Position numbers and translations under genes: made by a program
The notes under the pieces: generated by a model
Told to the model about the DNA's origin: nothing
Seen by the model: the letters and a program-made list of their open reading frames with translations, nothing else
Database searches by the model: none
DNA from: Euprymna scolopes
Taxonomy: Eukaryota
Direction: 5' to 3' (one strand)
Length of the DNA stretch: 64,000 bases
Assembly (NCBI GenBank): GCA_053919585.1
Contig: CM132784.1
In this document: positions 39,331 through 52,100 of the stretch, in pieces
Position numbering within the stretch: the first letter of the stretch is position 1
Layout of the letters: every line of letters begins with the position of its first letter

Positions 39331-40649
39331 TCTGATTCATGTATTCTTTGCCAGATTCCTCTTCATTTTAGCTTGCATTTTCTTTCATTCCTCTGGTTTT
39401 CTCTCTTTTCCTGCTATGTGATGGTTCTGGTTGTTCAGTGTCGCGTTCTGTTTCACTCGTTTTGCAGTGAAGGGTGAAAAACCTAATAAAAAATCACAAT
39501 GCACAGAAAAATCTTAAACTGCGTGCATGCTAGCTTCAAAGGGGAAGACTTTGAACAAGTCAACAACAGGACGCACTGTGATTGGCTGAAAATCTTTGCC
39601 TCTGTGCACTCTCATTGGTGCTACAAGCACAAATGGAACATTAACAAAGGACATTATTGACCTTATAGTCGGAGCAAGAACTCCCTCGCTCTCTGGGTGC
39701 TTTCATTATTCAAACATTGAGGTTGCAGATAATGCTAAGCTCTACAAGATGATACACGGTAAAATGGATTTTAAATGTCATTACTACGAGTGGAAAATCT
39801 TTAAAGCATACTCCAAGCAGATGGAGCGTGTGATGAGTAGACTGTACATTAGTCGATTTTCACCCATGTTTCAGTCTCAATTCAACCATGTCTTCTTTTC
39901 CACATGGTAGAGGAGGCTTTTAGGAATACAGCGGTATACATAACTCATTTTTGGCCGCAGTGGCGCTTGTTGGGTTGTTAGTCTTAAAGCTTCAAATATT
40001 AGTGTTAAAACCAAACAGTTTCAATATTTTAGGAAGTCTTACTTTAAGGGAATATACAGAAATTATAACGAAACTTCAAATTGAACCCTCCACCTTACTT
40101 TAGTTGACTTTGAAATGCTATTATTGAAGCAGAAATAGTTGAATATATTGACATATTTTTTTTTTCTGTTATGAATAAAAAATACAACAAAGCTGAAAAA
40201 AAAAATGATTCATTGTATGATCATGTTTAATATATGGAGTCAAGTAGTTCCATATATGAGCCCTTTGATGAGAGGACAGCCTTCATTGTCAGCACAAAAC
40301 GTTTCCTACTATATGCTGGTGTCTTGTTTCAAAGCTATGCACTGATTGAGAAGCCTCTGTTACTAATTTAACAGCTCGTTTCACACCTTGAAAATGTGAA
40401 GGGAAATATGGAGCACATAAGATAAGTGCTCAATTTCTGTTAAACGAACACTGTGCGTTTCATTGTCCTTATTCACCCCAGTTGTCACTGAAGACAAATT
40501 TGTTTAACTTGTTGACCTCGTACTCATCCATTATAAGGTGCAATGTCAGCTGACCCCCTTGACCCATTATTTCATGTCGAAAGTACAATCTGGATTCGTT
40601 TGCTTTCATGTCATGAATGCAAAGGCTCTACATTCACAGTTGATAGTTT

Positions 40650-41850
40650 TGGTATTGGCAGAGTTTGCTGTAGATCAATGCACAGTCATGCATATTCCTG
40701 CCGTATTCCTTCATTATCCTCTGTCCTTCAGCAGGGTTTTCTTTATGATTAAGTTCTTCCACTTGTTATTTCCTCATCACTTGTCTCTTCTGCTGCTTTT
40801 ATTATGATCTTCACCCCATCACGTTCTTTTTAAACATGGAATACGGAGATAAATCTGATATTAATGTACGAAAGCTATCCCAGTCAGCCATAGAGTATCA
40901 ATATACTGTACGATGGAGAGATATGTTGGAGGACTTGTTGCATTTTGTTTTTATCTTAACTGAGACAACTGAGTGGTTGGAAGATCCCAGTGAGGACAGA
41001 ATGGAAGATGAACATAGCTCAAGGCAAGTTGTGAGGAAAAGGCCTAGGAGACTTGCATACTGACGATTAGTGTTGGGCACATGGGTGGGTTCATGAACAA
41101 TCTGAATTAGGTCGAAAGCAATGGAGAAATCGTGATAGAACCTCCTCTCATCATCTGTCTTGATTGAGTGATGTTAGCCAAAGCATGAGCAGACAGGATG
41201 TGGTTAATTTTCTCAGATATGCTCTTAACGATAGTAACTCTGCTGTTATGAGGGCGATAGGGGGCAAATATAAACAGAGTGGTGTGAGCAAGTGCAATCT
41301 GATAACACATATAGGGCAATTTAGGGTCTTCTCTGGAGGTCTCTACCACAGGGAAAGCCATTTCTAATGTAAACACTGTCGGTTCAATGCCAGTTTCGCT
41401 TAGGAAGAATGTCTGGTTTAGTCTCTTGTCATTGGATTTCAACCTCTGGAACGTAGAACCCGTGATGTTGGAGAAGGAGACATCATAGTGGGGTTCTACA
41501 TTGGAAGTTAATTCTTGGTTCAGTCATGTATTCTTTCTGGAGACTTTTCATGATGAAGTTTTGGGATTTGTGGAATAGGTCGGCAGACTTGATTAGTGCA
41601 GGGCAGAGAGGGAAAGTAAGGGAGAAAAAAGTGACTAAATATATATCTTTTTTTTTTTTTTTTTTTTTTTGTAGCCCATGATAATGTAAAGCCGTAACAA
41701 TTATACATTACTATGGTATTGAGAAGCCCAACCAGAAGCTACTGCATGGCCCAGAACACATTCACCAAATGGCAATACAGCAGCCCCAGTACTTTGCACC
41801 TGCTGATAAGCAGGCTCCTTAGTGGTTAGTCAAAGTTATAAGTCCCTATG
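40650..41850 (-). mobile_element. Non-autonomous chimera: CR1 5' UTR plus endonuclease joined to a non-CR1 tail
   Basis: Matches ~29930-31065 in reverse, then diverges after CATGTTTAAAAAG. Confidence 0.75.
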
Positions 41851-41859
41851 ATTTAATAT

Positions 41860-42056
41860 TGGCAAAGTTTACTGCAGATCAATGCACAGTCATACATATT
41901 CCTACCGTATTCCTTTGTTATCCTCTGTCGTTCAGCAGCGTTTTCTTTATTATTAAGTTCTTCCTCTTATTTCCTCTTGTCATCACTTGCCTCTTCTGCT
42001 ACTTTTATCGCATTCTTTTAGACATGGAATGCAGAGGTCGATCTGATATAAATGTA
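41860..42056 (-). mobile_element. Partial copy of the same chimera
   Basis: Same tail and same junction. Confidence 0.65.
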
Positions 42057-42269
42057 ATAACCAAAATGTTGTGAAGCTTTTTTTCTTTTCAAACTATGAA
42101 AGGTTTGTCATGTCTCAGTGATTGTCATCATCAAAATCCACCCCAAAGAGTGCTCTTTTTTGTGCTTCTTAGGAATAGGTATCCAGAAATTTGCATGAGT
42201 AATGTAATTGTATTAAAATCACTTAACTGTAAATGAAGAAAGCAAAAGCAATCTCTGCTTATTCTGCAC

Positions 42270-42530
42270 AATATAAACTGAAGTAAACCAACATTGTTGC
42301 AAAATAAAACTAAATTTAGGGTTAGTGTAAAAAGCAAAGAAAAAGTTCAGTTTATATTGTGTTCCATAGAATTAGTCACCATATGTCAGCATTGAGTTTG
42401 TTTAGTGAAAATTGAAATTTATGAAATAATTACTAGACTTTTCTCGGATACCCATTACTAAAAAGAGCATTTCTGCTTTTCAAAAAGCACTCCCCGGATC
42501 CCCTGCACCACCTTAACAGAAAAACTCTAA
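42270..42530. repeat. Diverged duplicate of ~49480-49735
   Basis: CAATATAAACTGAAGTAAACCAAC...CCCCTGCAC occurs on both sides of the LTR element. Confidence 0.7.
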
Positions 42531-43469
42531 AACCAAAAAAGAAATTTTATTCTTCCAAAATTCCATACATAGTTTTAACTTATGAAGAAATCCACTACTC
42601 ATGTTAAAACACTGCTCAGATAGGGAAGTTTTCTGTTTGAGTATAAAGTCTTGGTAGAATGTTATTTTCTGTAAAAAAATAAATAAAAAATAAAATTAGA
42701 TAAAAGTGAATTAGGTATAAAATCAAAACTATATAAAAAAAAAAAAAAAAAAAGTAAATAAATCAATATAATTTCAAAATCCTCAATTTTTTATATAAAT
42801 AAAAGAGAATGGTAGTTTTATGAAATAAGAAACTTACCCTAAAATTTTCCTGTAGTTATGTAAAAATGTAGCTCATAAAGAAATTTCGGTGGACTGTACA
42901 ATGGTCTGGTTTGCTTCCTATTAATCTAGTCAAAATTGTAACTGAGAAAACGCTAGTAAATAAATAAATCAATATAATTCCAAAAACATTTCATACAAGA
43001 AAAGAAACATTATGTAATAAGAGATAAGAAACTTACCATAAAATTTTCCTCTTTGTAAAATTAGAAAAGTTCATGCCGAACAATGTTAAATTAAAAAGAA
43101 ATATAATTCTAAAGAATTTTTTTGTTTGAGTAGAAAAAAGAGAGTTCTGTAATGGAATGAAATTGAAGATGAAATTAGAGAATAGATAAGTACAATTTAC
43201 TTTTTAGAGTGTCGCAATGACCAAGGGTTTATTGGATATCTGAAGGAAATACAAAAGAGTGTTATTTACATGGCACAGACGTGCATATCAAGCAAAATGA
43301 ATAGTAGTCCTCTACACCCCCCAAGTCTTTGGTACTGTAAGTGGCGAAGACTGAGTGGAGATAAAATGCACTTAAATGTGCCTAAAAAGTAACTGAGGTT
43401 ATAGTCTTTGGAAAATTAATCGCTTTTCAATATGGGAGCATGGTATAACAGACACTTTGCTTCGAAAAG

Positions 43470-46400
43470 TCACATGGTCCGGTCGCGTCGTTGACGACGC
43501 AGAGGTTGAAGTTCATGGGGACCAGCCTTGTTATGGGGGAGCAAGCTGGCCAAGGACCGAGGGAGTTTCTTGGGGGTTTCCTTCGATGGTGTAGTGCCCT
43601 GTTCTGTGGAGATATCCGGTGATGTCGCTGGAGAGCTCGGGGGTAGATGACCCTCATTATGTGGCTGAGTGGGTCCAGGAGTTGTCGCCTGCTGTGGAGA
43701 TGAGCCAGCTGAAATTAGCTTGCCTTGCGGGGCTAGCGTAGGTTTATGTTGGGAATCAGGACCAGCTGGGTTCGGGTAGTGCAATAAGAGAGGGCCAGGA
43801 GACGAGATGATTGGGCCGCTCTCCGCTACCGGTGTGTATCGACGGAGGAACTGCCTGTTTCTGAGTGTGACACGTCCGGAACCATCAACTCGTACCACGT
43901 ATTGATGGAACTGACGAACTTCTATCACAATCCCAGTCTTATCCCATTTGTTTGGGTAGGGCCCGACTTGGTTCTTGATTCGGACAGTGTCCCTAACCTT
44001 GAGGGGGGGGTAAGTTGACTGTGTGTTCTGACAGCCTTTCAGCAGCACGCATGTGTCTGTTGCGCAGGGCCTCTTCTCTGCTTTGTAGGGTCTCCTGCCA
44101 CGTGGGATGGGGTCTGTATTTTCCCGGGTGTATCGGGATGAAGTCTCTGATAAGGCGTCCAAAGAGGCACATAGCAGGGGAGAAGGCAGTGTCATGATCT
44201 GGTGTATTGCGATATTGGAGCATGGCCCTTTGGAAGGAGTCAGTGTTTAATGATCCAGATGCACTTGTGTTGTTGACTAACAGTCGTTTTACAGTTTTTA
44301 CACCGATCTCAGCTCTGGAATTACTGTGAGGGAATGCTACTGATGAGTGTCTGTGACTCACTCTCCAAGCATTTAGGAAGCGCTCGGTTTTGGAGGTGGT
44401 GAATTCAGGGCCATTGTCAGAAGAAAGTTCCTCTGCTATCCCATAGGTGACAAATGTCCTGCGCAATGCCCTAATGAGTCCTTCTGCCCCATTAGACGTT
44501 TCCTCCACGATTGGCCAGTTGCTGTAGCGGTCCACAATGACGAGGTAGTGATGACCGCGGAATGTGAAGTAGTCAGCAACTATGGCTTGGAAGGGGTAGA
44601 CTGGCTGTATTGGTGGAGTCGGTGGCATGCATGGTTGGGAAGGGGCCATACGATTGCATTCAGAGCACATCTCTCGCATGTTGCAAATGGCAGGGTTCAT
44701 GCCTGGCCAGAAGAAGGATGGCTCGGCCCTGGAACACATTTGCGTAACACCTTGGTGGGCCGAATGGAGAGACTCTAACGCTTTGTGCTGCAGGGGTTTG
44801 GGGATGACTATGCGGTCGTGGTATAGTATCACACCGTCGAAGCTGCTCAAATGATCGCGGTACTGGTAGAATGGTCGGATGTCAGATGGAAGTTCTTGTT
44901 TAGCTGGGAAGCCATTATCCACCATGTCTAGAAGCAGGACCATGGATGGGTCACTGGCGGTGGCAGTGCGGATGTCATCCCACGATATTGATTCGAGGAT
45001 GGTACCATCGTTGATGTCCTGAGAGCAGACCTCATGGGTTGCTGGTTGCTCTGCATGGCGAATGAATTCAAGGATAGACAGAGGTAACTGAGTGGTGTAC
45101 AGAGCTGATGCTGAGTCATCAGGTAGTGGCAAGTGTTGAGCCATGCTGACTGGGTGGCGTGATAGAGCATTGCTGGCAGAATGTTGGGCGCCTGGGATGT
45201 GAGTGACCCGGAAGCGATACCGCAGGGTTTTTTCCTTCAAGTTGCGAAGACGTGGGTTGGGTATGTTATCCAGGTGCCTGTCACCAAAGACTTTGAGCAG
45301 TGGTTTGTGGTCTACCGCTATAATGAGATCTGGGCACCCGATAATAAAATGTCTAGCTTTGTCCAAAGCCTCTACTACTGCCAAAGCCTCCCCTTCGATG
45401 GGGGCGTAGCGGGACTCTGCTGATGATGTGAACCTGCTTCCTACCAGGGCAATCTTCCATCTGTTTTTGCAGCAGAAGGGTTTGTGAGGTGCTGGGCAGA
45501 GACAGTGTTTTTGGAATAGCCAGAATCCCATGCCGTCTTTGCTCCAATCAGTTGCTAGACAAGTTGGCCTGCGTTTGTCAAAGATCTTCACGCCATGTTT
45601 GATCTCGTGGATAATCCGTCTTTTTGCTTCTTCAAAGGTGTGTTGCATTTTGTCAGTCCAGTCAAATTTGACACTGGGTTTCAGGAAGTCTCTGAATGCT
45701 TTCATTTTCTCTGTCGCTGCAAATGCATACGAGACTTGGTTCACAAGTCCAAAGAAGCTGCGTATATCCGTGATATTTTTGGGAGTGGGAAATTTTTTTA
45801 TTGCTTCCACGAAGGATTCACATGGCCCCACAGTTGTTTCCCTGATTTGAAAACTGGCGAACTCCGTTTCCTTCTTGGCAAATCCAAATTTGTCAGGATT
45901 GCCTGTGATGCCATTGTGACCGCATAGATCCAGCCACTCGACTGCTTGGAAGAAGCTTCTCTCAATTCCATTGTCACTCTGGTATGTTGAGGTCCACAAG
46001 AGGGTGTCGTCGATGATTTTCGCTTTGTTCGGAACATCCATAACTATCTCATCAAACCGCCGTGTATAGGCGTCGCCTGAAGCTACGTACCCTTGTGGGG
46101 CCACACAATATCTGTATCCCCCCCATGGGGTGATGAATGTGGCGATCCTCATTGTGAAGTGGAATGCTGTGGTAACCATTCCAAGCATCGAAAACGGTCT
46201 TCCGTGTGTGTGGAGGGATGGATCGGACTTGGTGGAATGGGGACTGGGTGTGATGCGTTTCCCGAGTGGCATACCGGTTGAGTGGTTGGAAGTCCACCGT
46301 GCGTCGGGGTTTACCAGATTTTTGGGGGCAGACAACCATCCGATGACACCATGTGACTGGTGTTTAGGGCGATTTCAACCATTATCACTGCATGATCAGC

Positions 46401-49125
46401 GTTCCCAAGTGGGCTGTGGGCCTTCGTTATGCAGTCATCGGGAACTGTGGTCAAAAACAGATCTAGAAGTGATGCGTGTTGTTCTTCCTGGTCAGGGAAA
46501 CGGGTTGGAAACGTAACAATTTGTGATAGGGAATGAGATATAGCGAGGCTATGGGTTGTGCTGCCCGCTGCATCTGTGTGAGTAGAGAATCCAAGCCAGT
46601 TTTTGTGGTGGACATTAAAGTCACCAAATACATGTATTTGTGCGCTGGTGTCGAGGGACAGTGCCGTGTCTATGCTGTCAGATACTTTGTTTATTATGGA
46701 GCAGTCCTGAGTCGAGGGAGAGCGGTAGAGAAAATAATAGTAGCTAATATTGTGTTGCATGTTTAGTCTAAAGCACATAAAGGCTTGATCATCTGTTTCT
46801 AGGTTTGTTTCTCTAGTCAAGGGAAGGGTATTACGAATGTAAACTCCAAGTCCGTGCATATGTCTGTCAGAGTCCTTACGGCAGAGTGGGAGATATCCAG
46901 GCATGTTAAAGTGGTTAGAGGGAATGTAGGAGTGTAGGTTAGTCTCACTTAGTGCTAAGATATCCGGGGTATTTGTTAAGAGAAATGCTTCAACATCAGC
47001 TAAGTTAGTTCTAAGCCCACGGATATTTGTGAATGAGAGCCTCAAGGGAGGAGGCAAGTTGAATTTGTTTGTCCCTAATCCTGGTTTAAGCTTATTTTTA
47101 AATTGTACTGTCGTCATATTTTTTTTTAAGAGTGGTGTGCCAACAGGAACTGGCTCTATGACACCCAGGAACTGGCTCTATGACACCCAGTCGAACGTCT
47201 TGATCAAGGCCTGCTTTCACTCCCTCTTGCCAATGTATCGGCACAGGAATAGGGGTGTGGTAGGCAACTGGTTCTGCATTCGGGTCGATCATGAGTCGCA
47301 TGGGTGGGCCTGACATCATGGGTAATGGTTGGTGCTGGCAGGTGTTGAATGTGCTGGAGGCGTAGTGATCCAGTAGCCAGTTTTCTATTTTCTCCCTATT
47401 CTCCTCTGTTGGTGGGTATGGGATTGTGGTCGGGGGAGGAGGGGGTGTCTCACGATCCGGACACTTACATGGTCTTTTGCTTCCTTCCGTGGGAGGATAT
47501 GTGGCATCACAGGAAGAAAGTTGTGAGGCTGTACCAACAGATGGGAAGTTTGCAGGGATCATGCCGAGAGCCACACACGCATGCTTAGATAGGTAAAGGC
47601 GCTCTGTGGATGGTGTGAAATATACGAGCTGCCGTGTGCTGCAAACAGTTCCATTGTCAGATACGCCCGATATGTGCAGTGGAAGGGCGCCTGCGATTTC
47701 AATCGATTTGTCATTGGCAGCTGACATCTTCATTGTGCACGGAATGAGGTCACAGACTGTCAAGCCCATCTTATGTAATACTGTGATGCCACCTAGGCAC
47801 GACTGGCATCCTGTATCTGCCATAGCTGTATGCGTCACAATGGCAGTGGGGCTGTGGAAGTGAGGAGGTATGCCAATGTCAGCAATGTCAGAAGGGATGA
47901 CCTGTATATCAACCTTTATGAATGGTTGTGGATCGGACGCACGACGTTCCCACACTCTACACAGGTCATTGTATATATGGTGTTCAAGGACAAGAGTGTG
48001 TGTCTCCGAAATAGCTTCTGGATCTGCGTTGGAGGGAGGGGGTGTTTCGACGGAGCAAAGGGCATCAAATAGAACCGCAGGGTCGTCATCGAACACAGTG
48101 ATGGCATTATTGCTTGCGGTGGGAGTGCGGCTCTGTTGATTGCGTCGGCAAACCTTTCCAAAGTGATGGGGTATGCCACAATGGGAGCATGTGTTATTAT
48201 ACGCTGGGCAAATTTTCATTCTGACTGCTCTTGATGTAGGTATCTGGTGAGATTGTCCGCAGTAACCGCAGGGTGGGTTGCTTGGAGAAGGGTGTCGGTT
48301 ATGCCGACGAGTAGAGTTCTGGTTGGAGGTAGTATTTGATCCACGATTCTGTAGACGACTCCGCTCTTGTCTCCTGTATGAGCTGGTAGCTGCAGCAGTA
48401 GTGGGCTCATTGCTGTTTATGAGAAGGCGACCAGCGGAGCGCTTCCCACTTTCTTTGGCCTCGATGAGGGAGACAGTTTCCTCAAGTGATTGCTCTGCTA
48501 GTTGGGGTTGTCCCAGTATGTCCAGTCGGATATCATCGTCGTAGATACCCCGGATGACACAATCTTGGATCACGCTGTCACTGTAGCTAATTTGGCTCCC
48601 ACAGTTTGTACAGCCCATCAGGTACCGACACACACCAGCCTGCCTTTTGAGCCTAGCGGCGAACGCACGAACCGGTTCGTCCCTGTCCTGCTTCATGCTT
48701 TGTAGTTGAACTCTTGCTACCACAACATTCTCTTGTCGTATAGCGAGAGTTTTTATTTTTTGTAGAACGGTTGTCTCGTCAGAATGTGCAAGAGATCCAA
48801 ACGCCCTTGTGAGGTCTTTTCTCAAGGGGTCGTCACAGCACTCGAGGAGTTGAAACACTAGATCCGTTCCCTGTAAGTGGCAGGCGGTTTTGTAGTCGTC
48901 CCATCTCTGCTCAAAGTAGGCGAAGTCAGCACTTGAACCTGTAGCCGATACCGTGGGTCACTTGACTTTCTCTGCCTTGGCTGGTGCTGCTGTAGCTGCG
49001 GCAGGTGTGGGCGAGGGATGGGCCGTGTTGGCATGGATATCAATCAAACGGATGAGGATTTCCGGTGCCAGGTTAGCGTCAAAGGTGACTTCACAATCCG
49101 GGGCTGTGCAGCTGATTTGTGGCAT
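43470..49125 (-). pseudogene. gag-pol of the LTR element (one stop, several frameshifts, endonuclease insertion)
   Basis: ATG at 49125 (MPQISC) is in frame with ORF 47098-48858; Zn-knuckle-like motifs, ADTG protease, IIDD RT, TDWS RNase H, HHCC plus D..D..E integrase. Confidence 0.9.
46311..47117 (-). CDS. LINE-type APE endonuclease ORF inserted in pol (insert 46364-47132)
   Basis: TNIRGL, LSET, YRSP, GDFN, LDL and ADH motifs, all open; flanked by duplicated ACACCA. Confidence 0.85.
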   Translation of the reverse strand: MTTVQFKNKLKPGLGTNKFNLPPPLRLSFTNIRGLRTNLADVEAFLLTNTPDILALSETNLHSYIPSNHFNMPGYLPLCRKDSDRHMHGLGVYIRNTLPLTRETNLETDDQAFMCFRLNMQHNISYYYFLYRSPSTQDCSIINKVSDSIDTALSLDTSAQIHVFGDFNVHHKNWLGFSTHTDAAGSTTHSLAISHSLSQIVTFPTRFPDQEEQHASLLDLFLTTVPDDCITKAHSPLGNADHAVIMVEIALNTSHMVSSDGCLPPKIW

Positions 49126-52100
49126 CTTCTGGTTGCTGGTTTCCAGAAACTCTTGGTCATAGATAAGTACAATTTACTTTTTAGAGTGTCGCAATGACCA
49201 AGGGTTTATTGGATATCTGAAGGAAATACAAAAGAGTGTTATTTACACGGCACAGACGTGCATATCAAGCAAAATGAATAGTAGTCCTCGAGAGAATATA
49301 TTGTTTCAAACCAAAATGCTGTGGCAAAAATGCATACTTACCAACGAAGTTTTGTCTGCTTAAAATATGAAAGAAATCAAACGTTTACAGCAATATCATT
49401 AGTGTCTTGTAATCAAAATCTGAACCAGTGATGTAATAGTTGAAATCACTCATAACTTTGAATTTCTGTTTATTGTACACAATATAAACTGAAGTAAACC
49501 AACTTTGCAAAACAAAACTTAATCGAGGGTTAGTGTTAGTGTAAAAAGCAACAAAAAGGTTCAGTCTGAATCGTGTAGATTGTTCAGTGAACTTACCATA
49601 TGCCAGAATTGAGATTGAAAATTAAATTTATAATATTAGTACCAGTTCTCGGATAGTACAAAAGTACAATTTCTGGTTTTGAAGTAAACACTTTCCAGTT
49701 CCCCTGCACTACCATAACAGGAAACCCCCTAAAACATACCTTACTCTGGACAAATCGAATAAACTTGGTTATTATAGAAACTGAGCCATTTGCTTGGAAT
49801 GATCAGTGATTTGTTATTTTAAGAAAACATATTACAAAGTAAAAAAAATAATCATGAATATAATAAAAACTAATTAAACATGAAATAAAACACAAGAAAA
49901 TTTTATAAAAATAGATAACACCATATAAGTGAGGCAAGGAGTCTATCAATTATGACAGAAATAACTAAAGTGTTGACCCATGCAAAAAATATCGAAGATT
50001 GCAGTTTTTAATTCATTGTAATTCTGGTTAAATAGGACTTTCTATTAATCAAATAGAAGATGAAAATTTAAAAAAGATTGTTAAAATATCCTATATTAAA
50101 AAAAGAATCAAACAGTTATGATAAAAGCACATATCTTATAAACAATGAAAAGTCAAAGACACCATTAATATAAAAAAGAAACATTAAAAATATAATTGTT
50201 TTTGTGAAAAAGATAATACTCTGTAGTCCATGTGAGAATGCTGCAAAAATCTGTTCTTGTATAATGAATTAAAGATCTGAAGGATGTCTTACTTCCTGTA
50301 ATATAATTTTATATTGGATGAAGAAAAAAAAATTGAAATAATTGAGTAAAATATATAACGAAATATTGAGAAATATAAAGAAATCCGATACTCATGTTAT
50401 AACACATCCCAGATAAGGTATTTTTCTATTCGGCTCAAAACTTCTAATATGGCACTTATGTCTGCAAATCAAACTGTAATTAAAAAAAACAAAAAAACTA
50501 TGAATTTTCTGTAAAACCAAACTATAAAACAAAGTTAAAGCTCCAATAAAGAAAAGTTAAAATAATTGCTGGCAGAAAATAACTAAGAAATCAAATATTT
50601 CCTGGCACAAAAAAAATTAAGAAATCAATGTAATTTCCAAGCATAAATTTTGTAAATAGAAAAAAAAAGGATACTAATATAATAGAAATTAAAATTACCA
50701 CGAAAATTTCCTATCGTAGCCTTAAAACGTTGAACTGATAGGAATAAAGGTGGAGACTGCTGGTTGACGGTAAGCTGCTAAGAATTAAGGTGGAGACTGT
50801 TGGTTTTTGATGCTGTTGCTTGCTTTCTTTTAAAACTGAAAAAGCAAACATTAAAATAATTCCTGGAACAAAATAACTAAGGAATCAATGTAATTTCAAA
50901 GCATAAATTTTGTAAATAGAAAAAAAATCATACTAATATAATAGAAATTAAAATTACCACATAAATAATTTTATTAGAAAAATAGTTATGACAAAATTAA
51001 TCATTTAAAATTAGTTAAAATTTGAAAATATCAAATTTGGAAGGTATTAATTTTGTAATACAAAAAAATGATTTGTAAATACCATAGGATGAGCTTTTGG
51101 ACTTAATTGAATTGTCCTTGAGCTTTATTTATAGTCATAGCAAAGCTGAGTTTTACAGAAAATTGTAGACGTTCAAAATCAAATGGTAAGTCTGTTGGTC
51201 TCATTGGTACTCTTGGGATGAAGCAGTTAACTCCTGCGTATTTTCTGGACATGATTGTTGCTTTCAAGACATGGGGCATCATACTTTTTATGATGAGCCT
51301 TGTGCCATTGCAGAGTTTGGGTGGATCAAGATTACGAAGTAGCATGATTGGTGCACCAAGCTTCAGCAACAGGGCATGTGGAGGAGTCCCTGCTGGCTGT
51401 AAACTATTCCGAAACTCTGTCGGATAGTTTACAATCTCTTCCTGTGAACAGATGGTATCAACTGAAGTATATAATTTGATTTCTCCAGGTAATCTGTATA
51501 AAAGTTTGATATTCATTTCATACACAGATTCATTTTTTAATGCTAAAAGAGCTCGTTCACAGAGCCATTGGATATCCGTATGCCGATTATCAAGGTCTGC
51601 AAATACTCTTGCTATCAATTCTTCTTTGGTTTTAAGTGTTTCAAAAGGCAACTGAATTTGGTCAGAAGAATCCTTTTCTAGGAGGGCATCACCTACTTGT
51701 AATAGTTTAGTGGCAAATTCACCAACAGCAGAATCAGCATATAAATGTACTCGCATATTAAGGGTTAAGTTCATTGTTTCAACGTGATGCCATAAATAGG
51801 ACTTTTTAAGACCTGCATTAATCTGATCGGCTCGAGTACCTCTGGGAACAATTGGAAGGGTTTGTCTGAAATCACCAGCCAAACCAAAGTTACTCCTCCC
51901 ATGATTTTTGTATTACCTTTTAAGTCCTGTAGTGTAGAGTCTAATGCTTCTATTGCTTTTTTGTGGCTCATTGTTGCTTCATCCCAGATTATCAACTTAC
52001 AACTTTGTAGTAATCTGGCCTTTGAAGATTCTTTTTTTATGTTACAAAACGTTTTTTTCTGTCGTGTAAGATCTAGTGGTAGAGAAAACGTATAGTGTGC

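Larger units (their letters stand above)
43183..49291 (-). mobile_element. Gypsy-superfamily LTR retrotransposon, young, with 132-bp LTRs
   Basis: LTRs at 43183-43314 and 49160-49291 differ at 2 positions; TSD GAGAA at 43178-43182 and 49292-49296; G-rich PPT at 43315-43322; domain order gag-PR-RT-RH-IN. Confidence 0.93.

Noticed and set aside
43470-44195. env-like third ORF of the LTR element
   Set aside because: It is the frameshifted integrase C-terminus (V.I.NQ..WDKTG..RNR) plus a Pro-rich tail, with no signal peptide or TM segment.
44015-48705. Many short plus-strand ORFs
   Set aside because: Antisense shadows of the GC-richer gag-pol sequence.
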